Origin: Auanema rhodensis
Taxonomy: Eukaryota > Animalia > Nematoda
DNA: 64,000 bases
Reading direction: 5' to 3'
NCBI GenBank assembly: GCA_964057225.1
Contig: OZ059894.1
Location: 12,400,001 to 12,464,000 of the forward strand
A program made the position numbers and the translations under genes. Of the stretch, positions 42,701 to 57,000 are shown in pieces. The number at the start of each line of letters is the position of its first letter. Position 1 is the stretch's first letter. The notes under the pieces are model-generated. The model was not told the DNA's origin and ran no database searches. It worked only from the letters and a program-made list of their open reading frames with translations.

Positions 42701-44889
42701 TTTTAATATGAGACAGATTGCAGCATAATTTGATGAGAACTTTAGAACAGTTGCAGTGACTCACACATGAAAACACATGCCAAACCGTTTTTTCTATCTT
42801 ACAGTATAACAAGTAACTGAACAACATAAGCTCGTCGAGGTTAAACAAGATTGATCATCATTTAACGAAACGTTTAAATATATGAATGAACTTAACAATT
42901 ATTTTACCAATATGCCAATGCAACAACTTTTTCTAATGTGAGACAAATTGAAGCCTAAGTTGATGAGAACTTTGTAACAGTTGCAGTGACCCACACATGA
43001 AAACACATGCCAAACCGTTTTTTCTATCTCACATTATAACAAGTAACTGAACAACATAAGCACGTCAAGGTTAAACAAGATTGATCATCATTTAACGAAA
43101 CGTTTAAATATATGAATGAACTCAACAATTATTTTACCAATATGCCAATGCAACAACTTTTTCTAATGTGAGACAAATTGAAGCCTAAGTTGATGAGAAC
43201 TTTGTAACAGTTGCAGTGACCCACACATGAAAACACATGCCAAACCGTTTTTTCTATCTCACATTATAACAAGTAACTGAACAACATAAGCACGTCAAGG
43301 TTAAACAAGATTGATCATCATTTAACGAAACGTTTAAATATATGAATGAACTCAACAATTATTTTACCAATATGCCAATGCAACAACTTTTTCTAATGTG
43401 AGACAAATTGAAGCCTAAGTTGATGTGAACTTTGGAACAGTTGCAGTGACTCACACTTGCAAACACATGCCGAACCGTTTTTTTTATCTCACAGTACAAC
43501 AAAAAACTGAGCAACATATGAACATTGTGGTTGAACATGATGAGTCATCATTTACCGAAACGTTCGTATATATTATATGAATCAACTTAACAAATATTTC
43601 ACCAATATGCCAATACAACAACATTTTTTTTAATGTGAGACAAATCGAAGCCTAATTTGATGAAAACTTTGAAACAGTTGTAGTGACTCACACATGAAAA
43701 CACATGCCAAACCGTTTTTTCTATCTCACATTATAACAAGTAACTGAACAACATAAGCACGTCAAGGTTAAACAAGATTGATCATCATTTAACGAAACGT
43801 TTAAATATATGAATGAACTTAACTATTATCTCACCAATATGCCAATAGAACAACTTTTTTTAATGTGAGACAGATTGCAGCATAATTTGATGAGAACTTT
43901 AGAACAGTTGCAGTGACTCACACATGAAAACACATGCCAAACCGTTTTTTCTATCTTACAGTATAACAAGTAACTGAACAACATAAGCTCGTCGAGGTTA
44001 AACAAGATTGATCATCATTTAACGAAACGTTTAAATATATGAATGAACTTAACAATTATTTTACCAATATGCCAATGCAACAACTTTTTCTAATGTGAGA
44101 CAAATTGAAGCCTAAGTTGATGAGAACTTTGTAACAGTTGCAGTGACCCACACATGAAAACACATGCCAAACCGTTTTTTCTATCTCACATTATAACAAG
44201 TAACTGAACAACATAAGCACGTCAAGGTTAAACAAGATTGATCATCATTTAACGAAACGTTTAAATATATGAATGAACTCAACAATTATTTTACCAATAT
44301 GCCAATGCAACAACTTTTTCTAATGTGAGACAAATTGAAGCCTAAGTTGATGAGAACTTTGTAACAGTTGCAGTGACCCACACATGAAAACACATGCCAA
44401 ACCGTTTTTTTATCTCACAGTACAACAAAAAACTGAGCAACATATGAACATTGTGGTTGAACATGATGAGTCATCATTTACCGAAACGTTCGTATATATT
44501 ATATGAATCAACTTAACAAATATTTCACCAATATGCCAATACAACAACATTTTTTTTTAATGTGAGACAAATTGAAGCCTAATTTGATGAAAACTTTGAA
44601 ACAGTTGCAGTGACTCACACATGAAAACACATGCCAAACCGTTTTTTCTATCTCACAGTATAACAAGTGTCTGAACAACATAAGCACGTCAAGGTTAAAC
44701 AAGATTGATCATAATTTAACGAAACATTTAAACATATGAATGAACTTAACAAATATTTCACCAATATGCCAATACAACAACATTTTTTTTTAATGTGAGA
44801 CAAATTGAAGCCTAATTTGATGAAAACTTTGAAACAGTTGCAGTGACTCACACTTGAAAACACATGATGAACCGTTTTTTTTATCTCAC

Positions 44890-47800
44890 AGTATAACAAG
44901 TAACTGAACAACATAAGCACGTCAAGGTTAAACAAGATTGATCATAATTTAACGAAACGTTTAAATATATGAATGAACTTAACTATTATCTCACCAATAT
45001 GCCAATAGAACAACTTTTTTTAATGTGAGACAGATTGCAGCATAATTTGATGAGAACTTTAGAACAGTTGCAGTGACTCACACATGAAAACACATGCCAA
45101 ACCGTTTTTTCTATCTTACAGTATAACAAGTAACTGAACAACATAAGCTTGTCGAGGTTAAACAAGATTGATCATCATTTAACAAAACGTTTAAATATAT
45201 GAATGAACTTAACAATTATTTTACCAATATGCCAATGCAACAACTTTTTCTAATGTGAGACAAATTGAAGCCTAAGTTGATGAGAACTTTGTAACAGTTG
45301 CAGTGACCCACACATGAAAACACATGCCAAACCGTTTTTTCTATCTCACATTATAACAAGTAACCGAACAACATAAGCACGTCAAGGTTAAACAAGATTG
45401 ATCATCATTTAACGAAACGTTTAAATATATGAATGAACTCAACAATTATTTTACCAATATGCCAATGCAACAACTTTTTCTAATGTGAGACAAATTGAAG
45501 CCTAAGTTGATGAGAACTTTGTAACAGTTGCAGTGACCCACACATGGAAACACATGCCAAACCGTTTTTTCTATCTCACATTATAACAAGTAACTGAACA
45601 ACATGAGCACGTCAAGGTTAAACAAGATTGATCATCATTTAACGAAACGTTTAAATATATGAATGAACTCAACAATTATTTTACCAATATGCCAATGCAA
45701 CAACTTTTTCTAATGTGAGACAAATTGAAGCCTAAGTTGATGTGAACTTTGGAACAGTTGCAGTGACTCACACTTGAAAACACATGCCGAACCGTTTTTT
45801 TTATCTCACAGTACAACAAAAAACTGAGCAACATATGAACATTGTGGTTGAACATGATGAGTCATCATTTACCGAAACGTTCGTATATATTATATGAATC
45901 AACTTAACAAATATTTCACCAATATGCCAATACAACAACATTTTTTTTAATGTGAGACAAATTGAAGCTTAAGTTGATGAGAACTTTGGAACAGTTGCAG
46001 TGACCCACACATGAAAACACATGCCAAACCGTTTTTTCTATCTCACATTATAAGAAGTAACTGAACAACATAAGCACGTCAAGGTTAAACAAGATTGATC
46101 ATCATTTAACGAAACGTTTAAATATATGAATGAACTTAACTATTATTTCACCAATATGCCAATACAACAACTTTTTTTAATGTGAGACAAATTGCAGCAT
46201 AATTGGATGAGAACTTTAGAACAGTTGCAGTGACTCACACTTGAAAACACATGCCAAACCGTTTTTTTTATCTCACAGTACAACAAAAAACTGAGCAACA
46301 TATGAACATTGTGGTTGAACATGATGAGTCATCATTTACCGAAACGTTCGTATATATTATATAAATCAACTTAACAAATATTTCACCAATATGCCAATAC
46401 AACAACATTTTTTTTTAATGTGAGACAAATTGAAGCCTAATTTGATGAAAACTTTGAAACAGTTGCAGTGACTCACACATGAAAACACATGCCAAACCGT
46501 TTTTTCTATCTCACAGTATAACAAGTAACTGAACAACATAAGCACGTCAAGGTTAAACAAGATTGATCATAATTTAACGAAACGTTTAAATATATGAATG
46601 AACTTAACTATTATCTCACCAATATGCCAATAGAACAACTTTTTTTAATGTGAGACAGATTGCAGCATAATTTGATGAGAACTTTAGAACAGTTGCAGTG
46701 ACTCACACATGAAAACACATGCCAAACCGTTTTTTCTATCTTACAGTATAACAAGTAACTGAACAACATAAGCTCGTCGAGGTTAAACAAGATTGATCAT
46801 CATTTAACAAAACGTTTAAATATATGAATGAACTTAACAATTATTTTACCAATATGCCAATGCAACAACTTTTTCTAATGTGAGACAAATTGAAGCCTAA
46901 GTTGATGAGAACTTTGTAACAGTTGCAGTGACCCACACATGAAAACACATGCCATACCGTTTTTTCTATCTCACATTATAACAAGTAACCGAACAACATA
47001 AGCACGTCAAGGTTAAACAAGATTGATCATCATTTAACGAAACGTTTAAATATATGAATGAACTCAACAATTATTTTACCAATATGCCAATGCAACAACT
47101 TTTTCTAATGTGAGACAAATTGAAGCCTAAGTTGATGAGAACTTTGTAACAGTTGCAGTGACCCACACATGGAAACACATGCCAAACCGTTTTTTCTATC
47201 TCACATTATAACAAGTAACTGAACAACATGAGCACGTCAAGGTTAAACAAGATTGATCATCATTTAACGAAACGTTTAAATATATGAATGAACTCAACAA
47301 TTATTTTACCAATATGCCAATGCAACAACTTTTTCTAATGTGAGACAAATTGAAGCCTAAGTTGATGTGAACTTTGGAACAGTTGCAGTGACTCACACTT
47401 GAAAACACATGCCGAACCGTTTTTTTTATCTCACAGTACAACAAAAAACTGAGCAACATATGAACATTGTGGTTGAACATGATGAGTCATCATTTACCGA
47501 AACGTTCGTATATATTATATGAATCAACTTAACAAATATTTCACCAATATGCCAATACAACAACATTTTTTTTAATGTGAGACAAATTGAAGCTTAAGTT
47601 GATGAGAACTTTGGAACAGTTGCAGTGACCCACACATGAAAACACATGCCAAACCGTTTTTTCTATCTCACATTATAAGAAGTAACTGAACAACATAAGC
47701 ACGTCAAGGTTAAACAAGATTGATCATCATTTAACGAAACGTTTAAATATATGAATGAACTTAACTATTATTTCACCAATATGCCAATACAACAACTTTT

Positions 47801-48430
47801 TTTAATGTGAGACAAATTGCAGCATAATTGGATGAGAACTTTAGAACAGTTGCAGTGACTCACACTTGAAAACACATGCCAAACCGTTTTTTTTATCTCA
47901 CAGTACAACAAAAAACTGAGCAACATATGAACATTGTGGTTGAACATGATGAGTCATCATTTACCGAAACGTTCGTATATATTATATAAATCAACTTAAC
48001 AAATATTTCACCAATATGCGAATACAACAACATTTTTTTTTAATGTGAGACAAATTGAAGCCTAATTTGATGAAAACTTTGAAACAGTTGCAGTGACTCA
48101 CACATGAAAACACATGCCAAACCGTTTTTTCTATCTCACAGTATAACAAGTAACTGAACAACATAAGCACGTCAAGGTTAAACAAGATTGATCATAATTT
48201 AACGAAACGTTTAAATATATGAATGAACTTAACTATTATCTCACCAATATGCCAATAGAACAACTTTTTTTAATGTGAGACAGATTGCAGCATAATTTGA
48301 TGAGAACTTTAGAACAGTTGCAGTGACTCACACATGAAAACACATGCCAAACCGTTTTTTCTATCTTACAGTATAACAAGTAACTGAACAACATAAGCTC
48401 GTCGAGGTTAAACAAGATTGATCATCATTT
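44890..48430 (+). repeat. Tandem duplication, 1625-bp unit (7 monomers)
   Basis: D markers pair as 45826/47451 and 46293/47918, and ORFs as 46366/47991. SNPs 'taaccgaac', 'catgagcac' and 'gaagcttaag' recur at +1625. Confidence 0.85.
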
Positions 48431-51400
48431 AACGAAACGTTTAAATATATGAATGAACTTAACAATTATTTTACCAATATGCCAATGCAACAACTTTTTC
48501 TAATGTGAGACAAATTGAAGCCTAATTTGATGAAAACTTTGAAACAGTTGCAGTGACTCACACATGAAAACACATGCCAAACCGTTTTTTCTATCTCACA
48601 GTATAACAAGTAACTGAACAACATAAGCACGTCAAGGTTAAACAAGATTGATCATAATTTAACGAAACGTTTAAATATATGAATGAACTTAACTATTATC
48701 TCACCAATATGCCAATAGAACAACTTTTTTTAATGTGAGACAGATTGCAGCATAATTTGATGAGAACTTTAGAACAGTTGCAGTGACTCACACATGAAAA
48801 CACATGCCAAACCGTTTTTTCTATCTTACAGTATAACAAGTAACTGAACAACATAAGCTCGTCGAGGTTAAACAAGATTGATCATCATTTAACGAAACGT
48901 TTAAATATATGAATGAACTTAACAATTATTTTACCAATATGCCAATGCAACAACTTTTTCTAATGTGAGACAAATTGAAGCCTAAGTTGATGAGAACTTT
49001 GTAACAGTTGCAGTGACCCACACATGAAAACACATGCCAAACCGTTTTTTTTATCTCACAGTACAACAAAAAACTGAGCAACATATGAACATTGTGGTTG
49101 AACATGATGAGTCATCATTTACCGAAACGTTCGTATATATTATATGAATCAACTTAACAAATATTTCACCAATATGCCAATACAACAACATTTTTTCTTA
49201 ATGTGAGACAAATTGAAGCCTAATTTGATGAAAACTTTGAAACAGTTGCAGTGACTCACACATGAAAACACATGCCAAACCGTTTTTTCTATCTCACAGT
49301 ATAACAAGTAACTGAACAACATAAGCACGTCAAGGTTAAACAAGATTGATCATAATTTAACGAAACGTTTAAATATATGAATGAACTTAACAAATATTTC
49401 ACCAATATGCCAATACAACAACATTTTTTTTTAATGTGAGACAAATTGAAGCCTAATTCGATGAAAACTTTGAAACAGTTGCAGTGACTCACACTTGAAA
49501 ACACATGCCGAACCGTTTTTTTTATCTCACAGTATAACAAGTAACTGAACAACATAAGCACGTCAAGGTTAAACAAGATTGATCATAATTTAACGAAACG
49601 TTTAAATATATGAATGAACTTAACTATTATCTCACCAATATGCCAATGCAACAACTTTTTCTAATGTGAGACAAATTGAAGCCTAAGTTGATGAGAACTT
49701 TGTAACAGTTGCAGTGACCCACACATGAAAACACATGCCAAACCGTTTTTTCTATCTCACATTATAACAAGTGACTGAACAACATAAGCACGTCAAGGTT
49801 AAACAAGATTGATCATCATTTAACGAAACGTTTAAATATATGAATGAACTCAACAATTATTTTACCAATATGCCAATGCAACAACTTTTTCTAATGTGAG
49901 ACGAATTGAAGCCTAAGTTGATGTGAACTTTGGAACAGTTGCAGTGACTCACACTTGAAAACACATGCCGAACCGTTTTTTTTATCTCACAGTACAACAA
50001 AAAACTGAGCAACATATGAACATTGTGGTTGAACATGATGAGTCATCATTTACCGAAACGTTCGTATATATTATATGAATCAACTTAACAAATATTTCAC
50101 CAATATGCCAATACAACAACATTTTTTTTAATGTGAGACAAATTGAAGCCTAATTTGATGAAAACTTTGAAACAGTTGTAGCGACTCACACATGAAAACA
50201 CATGCCAAACCGTTTTTTCTATCTCACATTATAACAAGTAACTGAACAACATAAGCACGTCAAGGTTAAACAAGATTGATCATAATTTAACGAAACGTTT
50301 AAATATATGAATGAACTTAACTATTATCTCACCAATATGCCAATAGAACAACTTTTTTTAATGTGAGACAGATTGCAGCATAATTTGATGAGAACTTTGT
50401 AACAGTTGCAGTGACTCACACTTGAAAACACATGCCAAACCGTTTTTTTTATCTCACAGTACAACAAAAAACTGAACAACATAAGCACGTCAAGGTTAAA
50501 CAAGATTGATCATCATTTAACAAAACGTTTAAATATATGAATGAACTTAACAATTATTTTACCAATATGCCAATGCAACAACTTTTTCTAATGTGAGACA
50601 AATTGAAGCCTAAGTTGATGAGAACTTTGTAACAGTTGCAGTGACCCACACATGAAAACACATGCCATACCGTTTTTTCTATCTCACATTATAACAAGTA
50701 ACCGAACAACATAAGCACGTCAAGGTTAAACAAGATTGATCATCATTTAACGAAACGTTTAAATATATGAATGAACTCAACAATTATTTTACCAATATGC
50801 CAATGCAACAACTTTTTCTAATGTGAGACAAATTGAAGCCTAAGTTGATGAGAACTTTGTAACAGTTGCAGTGACCCACACATGGAAACACATGCCAAAC
50901 CGTTTTTTCTATCTCACATTATAACAAGTAACTGAACAACATGAGCACGTCAAGGTTAAACAAGATTGATCATCATTTAACGAAACGTTTAAATATATGA
51001 ATGAACTCAACAATTATTTTACCAATATGCCAATGCAACAACTTTTTCTAATGTGAGACAAATTGAAGCCTAAGTTGATGTGAACTTTGGAACAGTTGCA
51101 GTGACTCACACTTGAAAACACATGCCGAACCGTTTTTTTTATCTCACAGTACAACAAAAAACTGAGCAACATATGAACATTGTGGTTGAACATGATGAGT
51201 CATCATTTACCGAAACGTTCGTATATATTATATGAATCAACTTAACAAATATTTCACCAATATGCCAATACAACAACATTTTTTTTAATGTGAGACAAAT
51301 TGAAGCTTAAGTTGATGAGAACTTTGGAACAGTTGCAGTGACCCACACATGAAAACACATGCCAAACCGTTTTTTCTATCTCACATTATAAGAAGTAACT

Positions 51401-54000
51401 GAACAACATAAGCACGTCAAGGTTAAACAAGATTGATCATCATTTAACGAAACGTTTAAATATATGAATGAACTTAACTATTATTTCACCAATATGCCAA
51501 TACAACAACTTTTTTTAATGTGAGACAAATTGCAGCATAATTGGATGAGAACTTTAGAACAGTTGCAGTGACTCACACTTGAAAACACATGCCAAACCGT
51601 TTTTTTTATCTCACAGTACAACAAAAAACTGAGCAACATATGAACATTGTGGTTGAACATGATGAGTCATCATTTACCGAAACGTTCGTATATATTATAT
51701 AAATCAACTTAACAAATATTTCACCAATATGCGAATACAACAACATTTTTTTTTAATGTGAGACAAATTGAAGCCTAATTTGATGAAAACTTTGAAACAG
51801 TTGCAGTGACTCACACATGAAAACACATGCCAAACCGTTTTTTCTATCTCACAGTATAACAAGTAACTGAACAACATAAGCACGTCAAGGTTAAACAAGA
51901 TTGATCATAATTTAACGAAACGTTTAAATATATGAATGAACTTAACTATTATCTCACCAATATGCCAATAGAACAACTTTTTTTAATGTGAGACAGATTG
52001 CAGCATAATTTGATGAGAACTTTAGAACAGTTGCAGTGACTCACACATGAAAACACATGCCAAACCGTTTTTTCTATCTTACAGTATAACAAGTAACTGA
52101 ACAACATAAGCTCGTCGAGGTTAAACAAGATTGATCATCATTTAACGAAACGTTTAAATATATGAATGAACTTAACAATTATTTTACCAATATGCCAATG
52201 CAACAACTTTTTCTAATGTGAGACAAATTGAAGCCTAATTTGATGAAAACTTTGAAACAGTTGCAGTGACTCACACATGAAAACACATGCCAAACCGTTT
52301 TTTCTATCTCACAGTATAACAAGTAACTGAACAACATAAGCACGTCAAGGTTAAACAAGATTGATCATAATTTAACGAAACGTTTAAATATATGAATGAA
52401 CTTAACTATTATCTCACCAATATGCCAATAGAACAACTTTTTTTAATGTGAGACAGATTGCAGCATAATTTGATGAGAACTTTAGAACAGTTGCAGTGAC
52501 TCACACATGAAAACACATGCCAAACCGTTTTTTCTATCTTACAGTATAACAAGTAACTGAACAACATAAGCTCGTCGAGGTTAAACAAGATTGATCATCA
52601 TTTAACGAAACGTTTAAATATATGAATGAACTTAACAATTATTTTACCAATATGCCAATGCAACAACTTTTTCTAATGTGAGACAAATTGAAGCCTAAGT
52701 TGATGAGAACTTTGTAACAGTTGCAGTGACCCACACATGAAAACACATGCCAAACCGTTTTTTTTATCTCACAGTACAACAAAAAACTGAGCAACATATG
52801 AACATTGTGGTTGAACATGATGAGTCATCATTTACCGAAACGTTCGTATATATTATATGAATCAACTTAACAAATATTTCACCAATATGCCAATACAACA
52901 ACATTTTTTCTTAATGTGAGACAAATTGAAGCCTAATTTGATGAAAACTTTGAAACAGTTGCAGTGACTCACACATGAAAACACATGCCAAACCGTTTTT
53001 TCTATCTCACAGTATAACAAGTAACTGAACAACATAAGCACGTCAAGGTTAAACAAGATTGATCATAATTTAACGAAACGTTTAAATATATGAATGAACT
53101 TAACTATTATCTCACCAATATGCCAATAGAACAACTTTTTTTAATGTGAGACAGATTGCAGCATAATTTGATGAGAACTTTAGAACAGTTGCAGTGACTC
53201 ACACATGAAAACACATGCCAAACCGTTTTTTCTATCTCACATTATAACAAGTAACTGAACAACATAAGCACGTCAAGGTTAAACAAGATTGATCATAATT
53301 TAACGAAACGTTTAAATATATGAATGAACTTAACTATTATCTCACCAATATGCCAATGCAACAACTTTTTCTAATGTGAGACAAATTGAAGCCTAAGTTG
53401 ATGAGAACTTTGTAACAGTTGCAGTGACCCACACATGAAAACACATGCCAAACCGTTTTTTCTATCTCACATTATAACAAGTGACTGAACAACATAAGCA
53501 CGTCAAGGTTAAACAAGATTGATCATCATTTAACGAAACGTTTAAATATATGAATGAACTCAACAATTATTTTACCAATATGCCAATGCAACAACTTTTT
53601 CTAATGTGAGACGAATTGAAGCCTAAGTTGATGTGAACTTTGGAACAGTTGCAGTGACTCACACTTGAAAACACATGCCGAACCGTTTTTTTTATCTCAC
53701 AGTACAACAAAAAACTGAGCAACATATGAACATTGTGGTTGAACATGATGAGTCATCTTTTACCGAAACGTTCGTATATATTATATGAATCAACTTAACA
53801 AATATTTCACCAATATGCCAATACAACAACATTTTTTTTAATGTGAGACAAATTGAAGCCTAATTTGATGAAAACTTTGAAACAGTTGTAGCGACTCACA
53901 CATGAAAACACATGCCAAACCGTTTTTTCTATCTCACATTATAACAAGTAACTGAACAACATAAGCACGTCAAGGTTAAACAAGATTGATCATCATTTAA
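46781..54000 (+). repeat. Tandem duplication, ~3713-bp unit (16 monomers)
   Basis: ORF pairs 47991/51704 and 49149/52862 are +3713. Private SNPs 'gccataccg' (46951/50664) and 'atgcgaatac' (~48016/~51729) recur at the same offset. D markers pair as 50007/53717 (+3710). Confidence 0.88.
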
Positions 54001-57000
54001 CGAAACGTTTAAATATATGAATGAACTCAACAATTATTTTACCAATATGCCAATGCAACAACTTTTTCTAATGTGAGACAAATTGAAGCCTAAGTTGATG
54101 AGAACTTTAGAACAGTTGCAGTGACTCACACTTGAAAACACATGCCAAACCGTTTTTTTTATCTCACAGTACAACGAATAACTGAGCAACATATGAACAT
54201 TGGGGTTGAACATGATGAGTCATCATTTACCGAAACGTTCGTATATATTATATGAAACAACTTAACAAATATTTCACCAAAATGCCAATACAACAACATT
54301 TTTTTTTAATGTGAGACAAATTGAAGCCTAATTTGATGAGAACTTTAGAACAGTTGCAGTGACTCACACATGAAAACACATGCCAAACCGTTTTTTCTAT
54401 CTTACAGTATAACAAGTAACTGAACAACATAAGCTCGTCGAGGTTAAACAAGATTGATCATCATTTAACGAAACGTTTAAATATATGAATGAACTTAACA
54501 ATTATTTTACCAATATGCCAATGCAACAACTTTTTCTAATGTGAGACAAATTGAAGCCTAAGTTGATGAGAACTTTGTAACAGTTGCAGTGACCCACACA
54601 TGAAAACACATGCCAAACCGTTTTTTCTATCTCACATTATAACAAGTAACTAAACAACATAAGCACGTCAAGGTTAAACAAGATTGATCATCATTTAACG
54701 AAACGTTTAAATAAATGAATGAACTCAACAATTATTTTACCAATATGCCAATGCAACAACTTTTTCTAATATGAGACAAATTGAAGCCTAAGTTGATGAG
54801 AACTTTGTAACAGTTGCAGTGACCCACACATGAAAACACATGCCAAACCGTTTTTTCTATCTCACATTATAACAAGTAACTGAACAGCATAAGCACGTCA
54901 AGGTTAAACAAGATTGATCATCATTTAACGAAACGTTTAAATATATGAATGAACTCAACAATTATTTTACCAATATGCCAATGCAACAACTTTTTCTAAT
55001 GTGAGACAAATTGAAGCCTAAGTTGATGAGAACTTTGGAACAGTTGCAGTGACCCACACATGAAAACACATGCCAAACCGTTTTTTCTATCTCACATTAT
55101 AACAAGTAACTGAACAACATAAGCACATCGAGGTTAAACGAGATTGATCATCATTCAACGAAACGTTTGTATATATGAATGAACTTAACTATTATTTCAC
55201 CAATATGCCAATACAACAACTTTTTTTAATGTGAGACGAATTGCAGCATAATTTGATGAGAACTTTAGAACAGTTGCAGTGACTCACACATGAAAACACA
55301 TGCCAAACCGTTTTTTCTATCTCACAGTATAACAAGTAACTGAACAACATAAGCACGTCAAGGTTAAACAAGATTGATCATAATTTAACGAAACGTTTAA
55401 ATATATGAATGAACTTAACTATTATTTCACCAATATGCCAATACAACAACTTTTTTTAATGTGAGACGAATTGCAGCATAATTTGATGAGAACTTTGGAA
55501 CAGTTGCAGTGACCCACACATGAAAACACATGCCAAACCGTTTTTTCTATCTCACATTATAACAAGTAACTGAACAACATAAGCACATCGAGGTTTAACA
55601 AGATTGATCATCATTCAACGAAACGTTTAAATATATGAATGAACTCAATAATTATTTTACCAATATGCCAATGCAACAACTTTTTCTATTGTGAGACAAA
55701 TTGAAGCCTAAGTTGATGAGAACTTTGGAACAGTTGCAGTGACTTACACATGAAAACACATGCCAAACCGTTTTTTCTATCTCACATTATAACAAGTAAC
55801 TGAACAACATAAGCTCGTCGAGGTTGAACAAGATTGATCATCATTTAACGAAACGTTTAAATATATGAATGAACTCAACAATTATTTTACCAATATGCCA
55901 ATACAACAACATTTTTTTTAATGTGAGACAAATTGAAGCCTAATTTGATGAAAACTTTAGAACAGTTGCAGTGACTCACACATGGAAACACATGCCAAAC
56001 CGTTTTTTCTATCTCACAGTATAACAAGTAACTGAACAACATAAGCTCGTCGAGGTTAAACAAGATTGATCATCATTTAACGAAACGTTTAAATATATGA
56101 ATGAACTTAACAATTATTTTACCAATATGCCAATGCAACAACTTTTTCTAATGTGAGACAAATTGAAGCCTAAGTTGATGAGAACTTTGGAACAGTTGCA
56201 GTGACCCACACATGAAAACACATGCCAAACCGTTTTTTCTATCTCACATTATAACAAGTAACTGAACAACATAAGCACATCGAGGTTAAACGAGATTGAT
56301 CATCATTAAACGAAACGTTTGTATATATGAATGAACTCAACAATTATTTCACCAATATGCCAATACAACAACATTTTTTTTAATGTGAGACAAATTGAAG
56401 CCTAATTTGATGAAAACTTTAGAACAGTTGCAGTGACTCACACATGGAAACACATGCCAAACCGTTTTTTCTATCTCACAGTATAACAAGTAACTGAACA
56501 ACATAAGCTCGTCGAGGTTAAACAAGATTGATCATCATTTAACGAAACGTTTAAATATATGAATGAACTTAACAATTATTTTACCAATATGCCAATGCAA
56601 CAACTTTTTCTAATGTGAGACAAATTGAAGCCTAAGTTGATGAGAACTTTGGAACAGTTGCAGTGACTCACACATGAAAACACATGCCAAACCGTTTTTT
56701 CTATCTCACATTATAACAAGTAACTGAACAACATAAGCACATCGAGGTTAAACGAGATTGATCATCATTTAACGAAACGTTCAAATATATGAATGAACTC
56801 AACAATTATTTTACCAATATGCCAATGCAACAACTTTTTCTAATGTGAGACAAATTGAAGCCTAAGTTGATGAGAACTTTGGAACAGTTGCAGTGACCCA
56901 CACATGAAAACACATGCCAAACCGTTTTTTCTATCTCACAGTATAACAAGTAACTGAACAACATAAGCTCGTCGAGGTTAAACAAGATTGATCATCATTT

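Larger units (their letters stand above)
28980..56630 (+). repeat. Large ~14-kb tandem super-repeat (~29.0-42.6 kb / ~42.6-56.6 kb) with internal copy-number differences
   Basis: Colinear markers: 'aatatgagacag' ~29023/~42705, D 29598/43509, 'cacatgatga' 30721/44861, 'taaccgaaca' 31221/45361, 'cgaataactg...tggggttg' 39354/54184, 'taaacaacat' 40051/54651, 'tgaacagcat' 40281/54881, 'tttttctatt' 41081/55681. Confidence 0.8.

Noticed and set aside
6753-54451. Minus-strand 60-95 aa 'MFNLDVLMLF...' ORFs as a multicopy gene family
   Set aside because: They are translations of the satellite monomer. Most start at a non-ATG TTG and are open only when the poly-T tract has one extra base, so most monomers are frameshifted or stopped. 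There is no recognisable domain.
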